Below, piece after piece: positions 25,001-33,400 of a stretch of 35,976 nucleotides of DNA. The notes beneath the pieces are model-generated. The model saw only the letters and a list, made by a program, of their open reading frames with translations. It was not told the DNA's origin and ran no database searches. Location: NCBI GenBank assembly GCA_000934665.2, contig JYFJ02003978.1, positions 1 to 35,976 on the forward strand, written 5' to 3'. The position numbers and the translations under genes were made by a program. Origin of the DNA: Catajapyx aquilonaris (taxonomy: Eukaryota). How positions within the stretch are numbered: position 1 is the first letter of the stretch; every line of letters begins with the position of its first letter.

Positions 25001-26706
25001 GGATACGGCCTCGGATTTCCCCACAACTCCAAATACATCGACATGTTCAACCGACAACTGATGGAGTACAGAGAAAACGGTAATTTGTCCAATTTTTTGG
25101 CTTGCAACTGGTAAACTATAGCACTGTTCCGTGCCACTCTGCCCTATTTTTCGCAGGTGACATTGAGCGATTGCACCGTTTTTGGTTCACCGGAGCATGC
25201 CTGGCTGATAAACGAAACCGGTCTTCCTCAAACGAGCTAGCTCTGGAACAGTTCCTATCTGCATTTCTGCTGCTTGGTGCTGGTATAATCCTGTCTGCCG
25301 CACTTCTGCTTTTCGAACACATGTATTGCCGGTATTGGCGCCGGCGTCTGGCACTCACCAAGTGCGCCGATTGCTGCCCTCTCCTCAGCATCGTTAGTCA
25401 AAATGAGATTTAAACATTTTGTACCCAAATCTGTTCCACATTAAGTTTGTACCAGAAACCACTGATACATTAATGACAATTTTCCACCCGCCACACTTTT
25501 GGCCCTTATAATAGTGTTAAATTAGTTATTGGCGAACTAAAATGAAGATATGAAAATAGTAATTTAATGCAATCATCATCCTGACAGAGTTAGCTTCATC
25601 TTCAGATGGTTACTGGTCCAAAGTTATGAATAGTAAGACGTACAGGATGCATTAGCAGGCAAACTACATGGTTTTGATTTCCAGAGTTTGGGTAAGTCGT
25701 TGACATTTGAAAATGCTGTGGCAGCAGCCCAAGCACAGGCTCACTTGAATCGAAAGTTATCCACTCCAAGCAAATGCCCTCGTTATGGCTGCGGTAACTT
25801 TAAGGCTTTTGGAGAGGCTTCCAGCGAGCTTAGGACAGCTCGTGAAAGGATCATGGAGCTGGAACAACAACTCTCATTAATAGCCATGACTAAGGGTACC
25901 AGGTAAACAAGAAATAAGTGGCAATATGTAGCTTATACAATCAGTAGCAACTAGCAAGGACTATCCTTAAACAATATATCTATATTATCCTATTATTTTA
26001 AAAGTAAGCGCCATACAAATCTATATCTGTGAATTCGTAATCAATATGTGAGATGATAATTGAGGGCCATGTAATTTCCTCCCTGATAATTCTGGCCAGA
26101 AATTAGGTTGTTTGAGGAAGGTCCTAAACGCTTCATAACCATGCTAGTGTAACATGCCTATTACGATCTTGTCTGAAAGAGACAATAGTTGCAGGACCCG
26201 GAGCCGGAGCCTATGTTGCTGGAAACTACAGCCCGAACCTCATGGTCCGGATCCTGCTTGGAAGACGCCTTTTTAGTAAGTAAAATGCCTCCCTCCTCCT
26301 CCTACCATCTCCTTTCCCCCATTTTAAGTCGACTTCAACGGAAAATGAGTTTACAAAGTCCGCCTGATTACTGGAGGGGATTTTAGCCTTACTGTTTTTT
26401 TATACCGCCCTCTCTTGAAAGTCTGGTGGCTCATTTGCAACTTTCTTCCCAGTCAACCCCTCGAGGTAGCAATAATTGTGTGGTTTTTGTTTTATAAAGG
26501 TTGTGGTCTTTTCTGTATATTTTTTTGTGATTTTTAGCAATGAGTGGCCTGTGAAGCACGATTCTCCCAAGTTTTATCTGCCGCGACGACGATCTCGAAG
26601 GTATTTAATTACATTTTAATGAAATGGGAAATGTGGCTCATTTGCATTTTTTCAATGTCGCAGTTTTGACAGCCCTGAAGTTGCGGAGATTGAGACGGTC
26701 TTGTAA
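2953..26706 (+). CDS. Nmdar2: NMDA receptor subunit 2 (GluN2/NR2-type ionotropic glutamate receptor), 5'-partial multi-exon gene, 17 exons in window
   Basis: Manually spliced GT-AG exons total 2440 nt with consistent phases (about 812 codons plus stop). Motifs seen: [37 protein letters not shown] (M2), [11 protein letters not shown] (M3), [11 protein letters not shown], and C-terminal EVAEIETVL*. These closely resemble Drosophila Nmdar2 as recalled. Confidence 0.97.
3302..3385 (+). CDS. Nmdar2: GluN2 exon (ATD): [28 protein letters not shown]
   Basis: ctAG acceptor at 3300-01 and GTgagt donor at 3386. NYVW..QSV and FPVGMLG motifs; phase 1-1. Confidence 0.92.
3998..4076. repeat. (AAT)n microsatellite (SINE tail)
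   Basis: About 26 perfect AAT units. Confidence 0.97.
3999..4388 (-). mobile_element. tRNA-derived SINE (Ser-GCT-like head) with (ATT)n tail
   Basis: Minus-strand A box TGGTGGAGTGG, GACTGCTAATC anticodon-like loop and B box GGTTCGAGTCC. 14-bp TSD GTGGTCGAATATAT at 3985-3998 and 4389-4402. Confidence 0.9.
4479..4522. repeat. Perfect 44-bp palindrome with no spacer
   Basis: AATTTTGACACATGGCTGATAA|TTATCAGCCATGTGTCAAAATT. Confidence 0.95.
4545..4865. mobile_element. Diverged foldback element (~125-bp inverted arms)
   Basis: Arms ~4545-4668 and ~4736-4865 align as inverted copies, e.g. gagccaacatttcagct / agctgaaatgttggctc. Confidence 0.75.
5991..6590 (-). mobile_element. Possible composite retroposon insertion with (CCAA)n tail
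   Basis: ACGTTTGGTT at 5981-90 and 6591-6600 (possible TSD) and a (GGTT)n run. Internal 18-bp direct repeat at 6200-17 and 6565-82, and an internal ~70-bp duplication at ~6265 and ~6408. Confidence 0.4.
6622..7073 (-). mobile_element. tRNA-derived SINE, same head family as 3999-4388, with (TAAA)n tail
   Basis: Head CCGAAGCAG...GACTGCTAATC...GGTTCGAGTCC and body GTGGTTT...AAATAGGCCACAGCCGCTTCC are shared with the first copy. (TTTA)n at 6622-6657. No clear TSD. Confidence 0.88.
7650..7930 (-). pseudogene. Possible highly decayed Tc1/mariner-family transposase fragment
   Basis: [18 protein letters not shown] resembles RQ.GGGSVMVW.AF. A frameshifted FIFQQDNA.IH-like stretch occurs downstream at a plausible spacing. 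Recognised by eye only. Confidence 0.3.
8657..9198. mobile_element. MITE with ~117-bp TIRs and TTA target-site duplication
   Basis: TIRs ~8657-8773 and ~9081-9198 (CAAGGGAAGTGTCTGTAGGGCC...) with few mismatches. TTA at 8654-56 and 9199-9201. Confidence 0.92.
9202..9405. mobile_element. GC-rich MITE with ~43-bp TIRs, TA-flanked
   Basis: GTTGCTCTCCACCACC..AATTTGGCGCTGCTGGCGCTCCAC and its inverted copy ending at 9405. TA at 9200-01 and 9406-07. Confidence 0.88.
12478..12670 (+). CDS. Nmdar2: GluN2 exon (ATD): [21 protein letters not shown]...[18 protein letters not shown]
   Basis: atAG acceptor at 12476-77 and GTcagt donor at 12671. VHFDT and C..W..GE motifs; phases match the flanking exons. 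Confidence 0.9.
13032..13454. mobile_element. Tc1/mariner-type MITE with ~110-bp TIRs
   Basis: TA|CAGGGTGTATCTGAAC... and ...GTTCAGATACACCCTG|TA. Only 2 mismatches seen between the arms. Confidence 0.95.
14414..14555 (+). CDS. Nmdar2: GluN2 exon (ATD end): [47 protein letters not shown]
   Basis: tttacAG acceptor at 14412-13 and GTtagt donor at 14556. FT.DG.L..A.L.IMNLRP motif. Not present in the ORF track; read manually. Confidence 0.92.
15140..15369 (+). CDS. Nmdar2: GluN2 exon (ATD-S1): [21 protein letters not shown]...[17 protein letters not shown]...[13 protein letters not shown]
   Basis: tttcttcAG acceptor at 15138-39 and GTtagt donor at 15370, which gives the phase 2 needed by the next exon. 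Confidence 0.93.
16371..16561. mobile_element. PIF/Harbinger-type palindromic MITE
   Basis: TTA|AGGCCGGTATCCACGTAC...GTACGTGGATACCGGCCT|TTA. Almost wholly self-complementary; the right arm has CGGCTCCTCG x3. Confidence 0.92.
16616..17191. mobile_element. Old diverged foldback element
   Basis: Inverted arms ~16616-16737 and ~17058-17191 (agtggaagttgttcctgatagtgtaag vs cttacattattaggaacaatttccact). Confidence 0.6.
17519..17648 (+). CDS. Nmdar2: GluN2 exon (S1): [43 protein letters not shown]
   Basis: ttcacAG acceptor at 17517-18 and GTaagt donor at 17649. Canonical CC.GFCIDLL motif. Confidence 0.96.
18195..18378 (+). CDS. Nmdar2: GluN2 exon (S1): [61 protein letters not shown]
   Basis: ttAG acceptor at 18193-94 and GTacgt donor at 18379. 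Contains the conserved ligand-binding Arg (codon 18279-81). Confidence 0.96.
18439..18548 (+). CDS. Nmdar2: GluN2 exon (M1): [37 protein letters not shown]
   Basis: Follows a 60-nt intron; ttAG at 18437-38 and GTaaga at 18549. Hydrophobic M1 helix and FEWLSP motif. Confidence 0.96.
19003..19125. repeat. Decayed short palindromic element
   Basis: gttcca..aaaaatggc..aaattgca versus tgcaattt..gccattttt..tggaac. Confidence 0.4.
19795..19900 (-). ncRNA. Degenerate hammerhead-ribozyme-like core
   Basis: Minus strand: CTGACGA (19881-19875), 8-bp stem CACCAGAG/CTCTGGTG, GAAAC (19819-19815), then a GTGC/GCAC hairpin and TC. Stem I is poor. Confidence 0.4.
21243..21355 (+). CDS. Nmdar2: GluN2 exon (M2 pore loop): [37 protein letters not shown]
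   Basis: tttttAG acceptor at 21241-42 and GTtggt donor at 21356. [12 protein letters not shown] re-entrant loop. Confidence 0.95.
21503..21626 (+). CDS. Nmdar2: GluN2 exon (M3): [41 protein letters not shown]
   Basis: ctttacAG at 21501-02 and GTaagt at 21627. YTANLAAF gating motif. Confidence 0.97.
22237..22713. mobile_element. Kolobok-like non-autonomous DNA transposon (~55-bp TIRs, right end eroded)
   Basis: TTAA|AGGGACACTCCACTCAAAATACAAGTTGG...AAAATCGGGCAAAAAA, with an inverted copy at ~22655-22709. The right TTAA is absent. Confidence 0.8.
22982..23334 (-). mobile_element. tRNA-derived SINE with (TAAA)n tail
   Basis: A box TGGCCGAGATGG and B box GGTTCGATCCC. TSD CCCAACAYCGGAACTTT at 22965-81 and 23335-51 (1 mismatch). 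Tail hairpin at 23002-23031. Confidence 0.88.
23485..24303. mobile_element. Foldback-type element with long (~240-280 bp) diverged TIRs
   Basis: Arms ~23485-23730 and ~24020-24303 are inverted (aatcgccatttgtaaactatttgagg / cctcaaatagtttacaaatggcgatt). Internal CCCAATAGAAYAAGGGCC sub-repeats. Confidence 0.85.
24670..24830 (+). CDS. Nmdar2: GluN2 exon (S2): [53 protein letters not shown]
   Basis: ttacAG at 24668-69 and GTaaga at 24831. PPFRFGT motif. Confidence 0.96.
24898..25079 (+). CDS. Nmdar2: GluN2 exon (S2): [60 protein letters not shown]
   Basis: Follows a 67-nt intron; cAG at 24896-97 and GTaatt at 25080. AFIYDA and TGYG motifs. Confidence 0.97.
25157..25392 (+). CDS. Nmdar2: GluN2 exon (S2-M4): [15 protein letters not shown]...[30 protein letters not shown]...CCPLLSI
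   Basis: Follows a 77-nt intron; cgcAG at 25155-56 and GTtagt at 25393. M4 helix. Confidence 0.96.
25685..25902 (+). CDS. Nmdar2: GluN2 exon (C-terminal domain): [16 protein letters not shown]...[25 protein letters not shown]
   Basis: ttccAG at 25683-84 and GTaaac at 25903. S.GKSLTF..AV and EL...R.R...LE resemble the insect NR2 tail. Confidence 0.88.
26195..26275 (+). CDS. Nmdar2: Probable GluN2 C-tail exon: [26 protein letters not shown] (alternative in-frame starts at 26180 and 26189)
   Basis: ttgcAG at 26193-94 and a strong GTaagt donor at 26276. Phase 2-2, open frame, GC-richer than flanks. No recognisable homology. Confidence 0.55.
26538..26600 (+). CDS. Nmdar2: Probable GluN2 C-tail exon: [20 protein letters not shown]
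   Basis: T-rich tract with tttttAG at 26536-37 and AG|GTattt donor at 26601. Phase 2-2; followed by a 63-nt intron like the other short introns here. Confidence 0.65.
26664..26706 (+). CDS. Nmdar2: GluN2 terminal coding exon: [13 protein letters not shown] (class I PDZ-binding C-terminus)
   Basis: cgcAG at 26662-63 (alternative in-frame cAG at 26671-72) and TAA at 26704-06. EVAEIETVL resembles the Drosophila Nmdar2 end EIAEMETVL as recalled. Confidence 0.88.
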
Positions 26707-28205
26707 TGAGAAGATGGCACACTCAGTACTTTCTTTTTAAAAAGTCCATGGATGTCTACGTGCATAGAACGAACATAAATGCGGCCGCTTAGCCAATTGG
26801 CTCAAATGTATATGGCGGCGTTTTTGGGATGTTCGAAAACTAACAATGTCCTATGGCCATTTTATCTGTGGAACGAAGCTACTACACGCCAAAGTGGCCT
26901 AGAGATATGGTTGAGCTGTAATGTTTTATTCATTGAAGAACGTACATTTATTAACGTGTGATCAGTCTCTGTTGCAGCTTTAAATAATTAGGTATGTACA
27001 GTATAACCGAAAAATGAAGAGGGGGTTCCGGACCACCATTTTAAAAATGGGTTGTAGTCCATGAGGGTCCATGATGGGTTGTAGTCCATGAGTATTAGAT
27101 TATGTCAAGTGTATTAGAGCGTAAAACATTAATCATGCGTGTTCAACAGCAATGAAAGTTACTTTATGGCCAGCTGTTCATATCGTGTTATAAACCCTCC
27201 ACAGATATTGTTTGTGACATTATCACAACGACATCGGTGCAAGAAGCACACGACGAAGCAGTAATGGCATTTTTTACCCTTTAAAAGCAGATAAGCCAAT
27301 AATAATTTCAAACAAAAATATTTTGAAGTGGCGGAAGTGCTATATAAATATTGGTGACTACAGTGCAGTATAGGTCTATGCAGTGTGAGAAAATGTGTAA
27401 ATAACGTGCAGTCAAACTACTGTCACAGCTTATTTCCCTATATGCCACCTACAATGGCATTCTTGGAAAGAACTATATTACAACAAGCTGAAACGTACTC
27501 TACCTCTCGATTATAGCAGTAAACCTCGACAACTCCACAATATTAGCTGTTTGCCTGTGTCTTAGGAAGATTCATTATCATTAGCAAAGAGGATTGCGGG
27601 TACAGTGAAACTTGCCTGTAGTGGATATAAAGGAAACTTGTTTCTGACCCCCAAAAAATGCTTTTCCGGCAGCTAGATATTATTCCTCTTCAATTTTTGT
27701 CGGAAATGTAGAGTAACCTGATTAATGCGGATACGGGCAGCAATTTAGATCTCTCGGTTACTGCAGTTTTTACAAATTCAGCGTTCGAAAAGCTTACATT
27801 AGACTTGGGGCACAAATTGGGAGGCAAGTTAAAGCACCAGGTTAAAGAGCCATACAGTCTATTATTTTTATATTTTAGTACTGTCCGATATAATGGCAAC
27901 TTGTCTATAACGGATACTTTTTGTAGAGCGAAGTCATTCAGAAAAATACAGATGTCGCTGTATAATAGTATTTTATAACATAAACCGGTGTCTGTAACAC
28001 CTAAATGAGCCCCCACTGTTTGTATTCTATGTTCAAACTCGCTATTGCAGAAAGTTATCAAAATCCTTGAAATAAGCCTAATTTTAACTAATATATGGTA
28101 AGTATGTCTACACTGTAATTTCCACTCAACTTTATAATCTGGGTCCAGGCTATTTTAAAAATTCTACAGCATAATATACCGTATCATAACTGCATAATTA
28201 TAGGA

Positions 28206-28211
28206 AATAAA
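28206..28211 (+). promoter_or_regulatory. Candidate polyadenylation signal AATAAA
   Basis: First canonical AATAAA I found downstream of the stop codon, about 1.5 kb away. The background is AT-rich, so this is weak. Confidence 0.25.
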
Positions 28212-28823
28212 TATTATTGGTGCTTTGACTCTTGCCGTAACATCATAATAATTATAGCCGCTACATATTTGGAGTTGTTTATATGTATTATACTGTGTAA
28301 CACTAGGCCTATGTTTCGCCCCTTGAATGAAACCCGCGTAGTGCTCCCTTTCATGATGAGGAAGGTCGGTAGTATGCAGTAAAAATATTATGTACCAAAT
28401 CTCATAAGGGAGAGTGCGTTCACATCAATTCCATACACCAAAAGGATGATAAATCCAATTGCATCTTGTGCGTTTTGGTAAACCGATTTTGTACCTCAAA
28501 AGAAAGTCTGACGAATTTTATACCCGAGTCTGCCGAAAGGCAGATTGAACACATGCCAGTAAAAGCTCACCCTTTTTATGGTAATAGCTAAGAATAACTA
28601 TCTGTAAAGAAGTGAAAGAAAACAAACAGCTATGGTGTGAACGAAGAGGTATACAAAAATCCGCATGAATTTCTTTAATCAACACTTCCGCAGTTTTTTC
28701 CATTGTCATGCATAGTCGTTTTAATACGTACATCCGATCAACTATGGGTAGAACTGTACACCAACTGAGTTTTTTCAAAGATTTTATAGGTATGAATATT
28801 GAAATTATATCTCAGTGGGGGTG

Positions 28824-28928
28824 AACTTGACGAGAAGAGAGATTTCCAAATAAAAGGTATAGATAAAGGTAAGTATCACTTACCTTTATCTATACCTTTT
28901 ATTTGGAAATCTCTCTTTTCGTCAAGTT
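28824..28928. repeat. Near-perfect hairpin: 51-bp arms, 3-nt loop
   Basis: AACTTGACGAGAAGAGAG...GGTAAGT-ATC-ACTTACC...CTCTCTTTTCGTCAAGTT, with one G-T pair. Confidence 0.95.
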
Positions 28929-29860
28929 TATTTTTAGTTCTGCTTATGCCTCAATAGTAACCGGATATATTCTCTATCTCAAATCATACGGAAGGCCCCA
29001 CCCACCTCTGAATGAGGCCACTCCGGATTACCCACTAAGACCACTTACACAGTTAGTGCAATATGAAGCTTGTCAAATCGCATTGTACTTTGTAATAATA
29101 GGCCTACATTGCGTGTAGCTATTTCCGATTTTCTTCCCGTAAAATTAGTGACATATGACAACACCGCGAACCGCCTGCGTATCTTGCCCGGCGCCTCATG
29201 TCGCGTTCAGTTAAAACGCTGCATGGGTGATCCGGAGTGGGTAGCATTCAGATAAGGGGGGTAGGTGGGATAGGCTTTAGCTTCCAGGAGACTTCAGAGC
29301 CTATAGCCTTGATATTAGATTGTGGCCTGTATTCAAGGCCATCTATTCTCATATCCCCATTATCGAAAAGGAATAATATCAAGTGCTTTAACAATGTTGA
29401 ATAATTTAAATGTAGATGGGAAGTATAGCAGCTGCTTATTCTGTTCAGATAATATTATGCTGATGAACTTAACAAGGGATTCGTTTTTGAGTCAACACCA
29501 TATTGCAATTGCGTCTGATTTCAGAGGCATGGTGTGACAAGACAATTTCTGAAGCAAAATAGGTCTGTAAAAGTTTCAATATTATAATTAATGAGGGTTT
29601 TTGGTGTTGTGCACTACATACAATGTACTTGGATGGCGTTGATGTTTAACCTCCCAGAGCCACTTTCGTACATACACGACATATACGAACCACGATTGTT
29701 TCCGTAAGTTTACAGCACAATATAAATATACGTTTGGTTATTTACTTCAGATTGCCGGTCCATTTTGACTTACCAATCTTCATAAAAATGATTTCTCTAT
29801 GTTCATTAGGCCCTAACTGCATCATTATAATGGGCCTGTTACCTTTTGTAAACAATCATG

Positions 29861-30170
29861 TTTTTGTTTTTTTAAAGTGTACCCCATGAGAGGGCCCGAG
29901 GCCCTCTTGGGGGTGGGGGGGGGGNNNNNGGGGGATACCACTATAGGGTGACTGGGAGGGGATGTGCAAAATGCAAGTGCAATGTCGTTGACACTTGGTC
30001 ATTTTGTGAACTCCCCCGGGTGCATTAGTCTAGCGGAGATTCCATCCGAGACGAAGCCCGAGATGGCCCAACTCTGCACGAGATGAAGGGGGGAACCCCG
30101 GGCTGGGATCGAACCCGGGACCTTAACATCCGTGGGCTCATACGTTACCTCAGCTCCACTCCGTCTCCCC
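29861..30170 (-). mobile_element. tRNA-derived SINE with A-rich tail; contains a 5-N assembly gap at 29925-29929
   Basis: Head GGGGAGACGG...GGTTCGATCCC, similar in layout to the 22982-23334 copy. Tail hairpin at 29882-29912. AATCATG on both flanks. Confidence 0.75.
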
Positions 30171-30353
30171 TAAATCATGGTTAGTATTGTTTATGCTGGA
30201 TTTGCGATGATTGTTTGTTGCACATGTTATTATAAAAAAAAGAATAAATTAAATCAACCTGGATTAGTAGTAGTGTACAAGGTTTTATTTTTTCTTTCCA
30301 GATCTGCTAGGCACTTAAATGTAGTTCCTTATCACATTATACATGCCTACTGA

Positions 30354-30497
30354 GGCCGGGGGCGTGATCGATAGTAAACCTTAAACATGTGGTTGTTCCG
30401 TGTAATTAGTTGCTTATAGTCTTAGACTATTGTTACCTAAACAAATAATAAGGATAAACTTGTTCGAGAATTCCTATACCGATCACGCACCCCGGCC
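30354..30497. mobile_element. PIF/Harbinger-like small MITE
   Basis: GGCCGGGG-GCGTGATCG ... CGATCACGCACCCCGGCC, flanked by TGA and TTA. Confidence 0.7.
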
Positions 30498-33400
30498 TTA
30501 ATTGCTAATAATTAGGCCATTGCTCAGGTGATGGCTATATGTGCAAAGCGATCAAAGTATTTTTGTTGACAAGACAATAAGCAACTTTCCACATTCTATC
30601 CTATACGTTGCAATTTATGTCCATCATATACAGTATGCTTGACACACGACATGATGATACTGGTAGAATCGCACTAGATCACATCATGTCTATTATTTAT
30701 GCCTTGATGGGAAGCAAGCACATGCAAACCAATCATTATAACTACAACTCAAGTTACCCTTACCAAGCCCGCTGTGACACGCTTATATCCTCTCAAGGCG
30801 GAAATATATGAGTCCGATATGATGCAGCCCAATTTGATCAGCAGCATGCAATCACCGGTAAGTTACATCACTTCTGCCATCCCATGAAAGCTAAAGCTAT
30901 CACTGATGTGCAAATAGTCCGAGTGTCTTTTGCGTTAGACTACTGCAGCCCATATGATTGTCATAATATGACACTTTATACTGCTACAAGTAGCGCCACC
31001 CTGGGGTCATTCTGGAATAGGGCCACGCTGCTTTGGGATTCGAGCAATTTCCTCCCTCTCCAGAACTAAATTATTGTTCTCACCTGCTACGACCCACCTC
31101 TTATCACCGGCTGATGAAGCAGACTGCGCAACATGTGGTCCATGAATTCCGTGAATTCCCTCTTGAATCTTGAATTAAGTATAATAGGCTCAGGGAATGC
31201 AGGAGAGCTGCGTGTGACTGTGTCGGTGCTGTGTTGATTTATGAGCTGGACATAAGGGGCAATGTCGACTAGCTGCTGACCAACAATGTGAAAAAGTAAA
31301 TACCAGCTGTGGTCATATAGGGCTGTGAAAAACCGAATGTGGCAGCGGATATGGCAATACTGGCCTCAATGTAACATTACCGTACACTTTACTTACCGGT
31401 ACGCGGTACCTAATATATTTTAAATATATTTTCACTGCCAGTTGATCCTGTATAGTGTATAACAATAAATTCAGATTTTACGGCTTTCCAATGCGCCATC
31501 AAAATCTTATATAACAACTTTTTAAAGTTTATCAAAATGACTATTTGTACTTGTATATTTTGCGTCCTTGACCATCAATTTATTGATAAATGAAATTGCG
31601 ACAATACAGATTGCATCACTGACCTTAAAATTATCCCGCCGTAAAATGCCTCACTTAGCCATTCGTGGCCTCGTGGGGAACAAAACGTCTTAAATCTCAC
31701 CATCTGGACTCCTTTTCTGAGAGTGAAGGTAATCGATGACCCAGGCAAATAACGCAATATTTTGGCTGGCCAAATTGCCGCTCGCAGGCATTTCGGGGGA
31801 GTATAAGGAGAGGGGAAAATGGTTCACGCGATTATACTACCGAAGGACATGGGGTGAAGGTCAACGGTGCTAACAACCTTGCTAAATATATTATTGCAAC
31901 GATGGTGTCAATGTCTCAAGCAATGGCCTCCTAATTGGGCATATTGGTATATCGGAAAACCAGTCTGTGCTCTCGCCGTTGGATATCAAATTATAGATTG
32001 ATCTTGACAAATTCGGCCAAGGTCACGGTAGGTGTCGTTTTGTTTGCACAATACATAGCGAAACTCTTACTAGAATACACATGGTATTGGACATGGGCCA
32101 GCTGTCACTTGGAAGCTGAAAGCCGACCACTAGTACAATTATTGAACGACTACGCCGTAACACCAGTCATAATTCAGTTAATAATCAGATTTAAAACTCA
32201 ATATGTCAAAGCTCAGTAAGGGCAGGTTGTATTTATAAGGCAAATTGAGGGTAAAACCTCTAGTCACCTATGTAGAGGTATTCACAAAATCATAACAGGA
32301 GATTGATCGTAAATATATTTGAACTGAAACAACTGGTGTTAAAAGTACCAGTTGTATATGTAAGCAAATTTGGTAAACCATCTTGATTATGATTTATGAA
32401 TAGGCCTTCAAAAGATATAATTTGACATAGCCAGGTATTTTCTCCTTAATTTGCGTTACATCCGACTGGACAGTTAAAATGACATCTAATACTATTACAA
32501 CGCAGTACCTGGAGAAAGATGTTAGTATTGTGCACCAACTTGGAGTGATCTAGGCCATATGATGAGTATGTGAAATTTTTTCAGTTTTCGTTAATGTCCA
32601 GTGGGATGAATCAGGATCGATGAACATCGAATCAGCCATCAAAGGATTACATTGTTTTAAAGGGAACATTAGTGTCACTTTTACTGGCTTTGTTGAGCAG
32701 GGAACACTGCAGTATAGGCCTATGTGCAACACTGAGCAACACCCGGGACATAACTGTAGGCTCTGTGGGGATACACTGCATGGGATTGAAAGTTGAGTTT
32801 CATAATGAGTCTCAAGTTGAGCACGTTACGGTTTGATTCCCTATAATGTAGGCCATATACCCTACAAAATTGGCATTCTTTGTGGGTAAAGTTGGAAAAG
32901 ACTACAGTAGCCTATTATGCGCACGTACTGTGGTATGTGCTGAATATCGCGGGGAATATAATAAAAATATCATTCCGAGCATTCAGTCAATTTTCATTGT
33001 TTAATGACGAGCCCAAACTTTTGTAGCCATTTATAACAAACTTTCCATGAAAAGGGTACGTCGTAGGATGTGGTCAGGAGACTTCTGCGGAGGGATGAAA
33101 CCCATTTGGTGTTTTACAACCGATTTGACACCCATACTTCAAGATTCTTCTTGGTGTTTGCTTTGTTATGCATTATTACATGGGAAGGAAAAGAGGAATT
33201 GGGTAGAGCTATGGAATGTGACATTGTTCTTAATTGTAAGAATCTTCTTAACAGTCAAAAATACTCATTCCGTGAATATTATAATTATTTTCTTATGCCA
33301 TTTATGGACAAAGTTTCAACTTCAAAACCAAAACGTATCGTTACAAAAAGTAGTATAAAGGCGTACCAGTCAGAAGGGGTTACTTTACACAGCCGGGGAA

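Noticed and set aside
27047..27092. 19-bp direct repeats with spacer (also 1466-1515) as a CRISPR-like array
   Set aside because: Only two units in eukaryotic DNA; ordinary local duplications.
28508..28546. CTGACGA followed by a GAAA-capped hairpin as a hammerhead or terminator
   Set aside because: GAAA is the tetraloop of an 8-bp hairpin and no stem II links the two boxes. Intrinsic terminators are not relevant in this eukaryotic context.
31105..31142. CTGATGAAGCAGACTGCGCAACATGTG as a minimal Penelope-type hammerhead
   Set aside because: The GAAA box reads GCAA, there is no UH site and no stem I.
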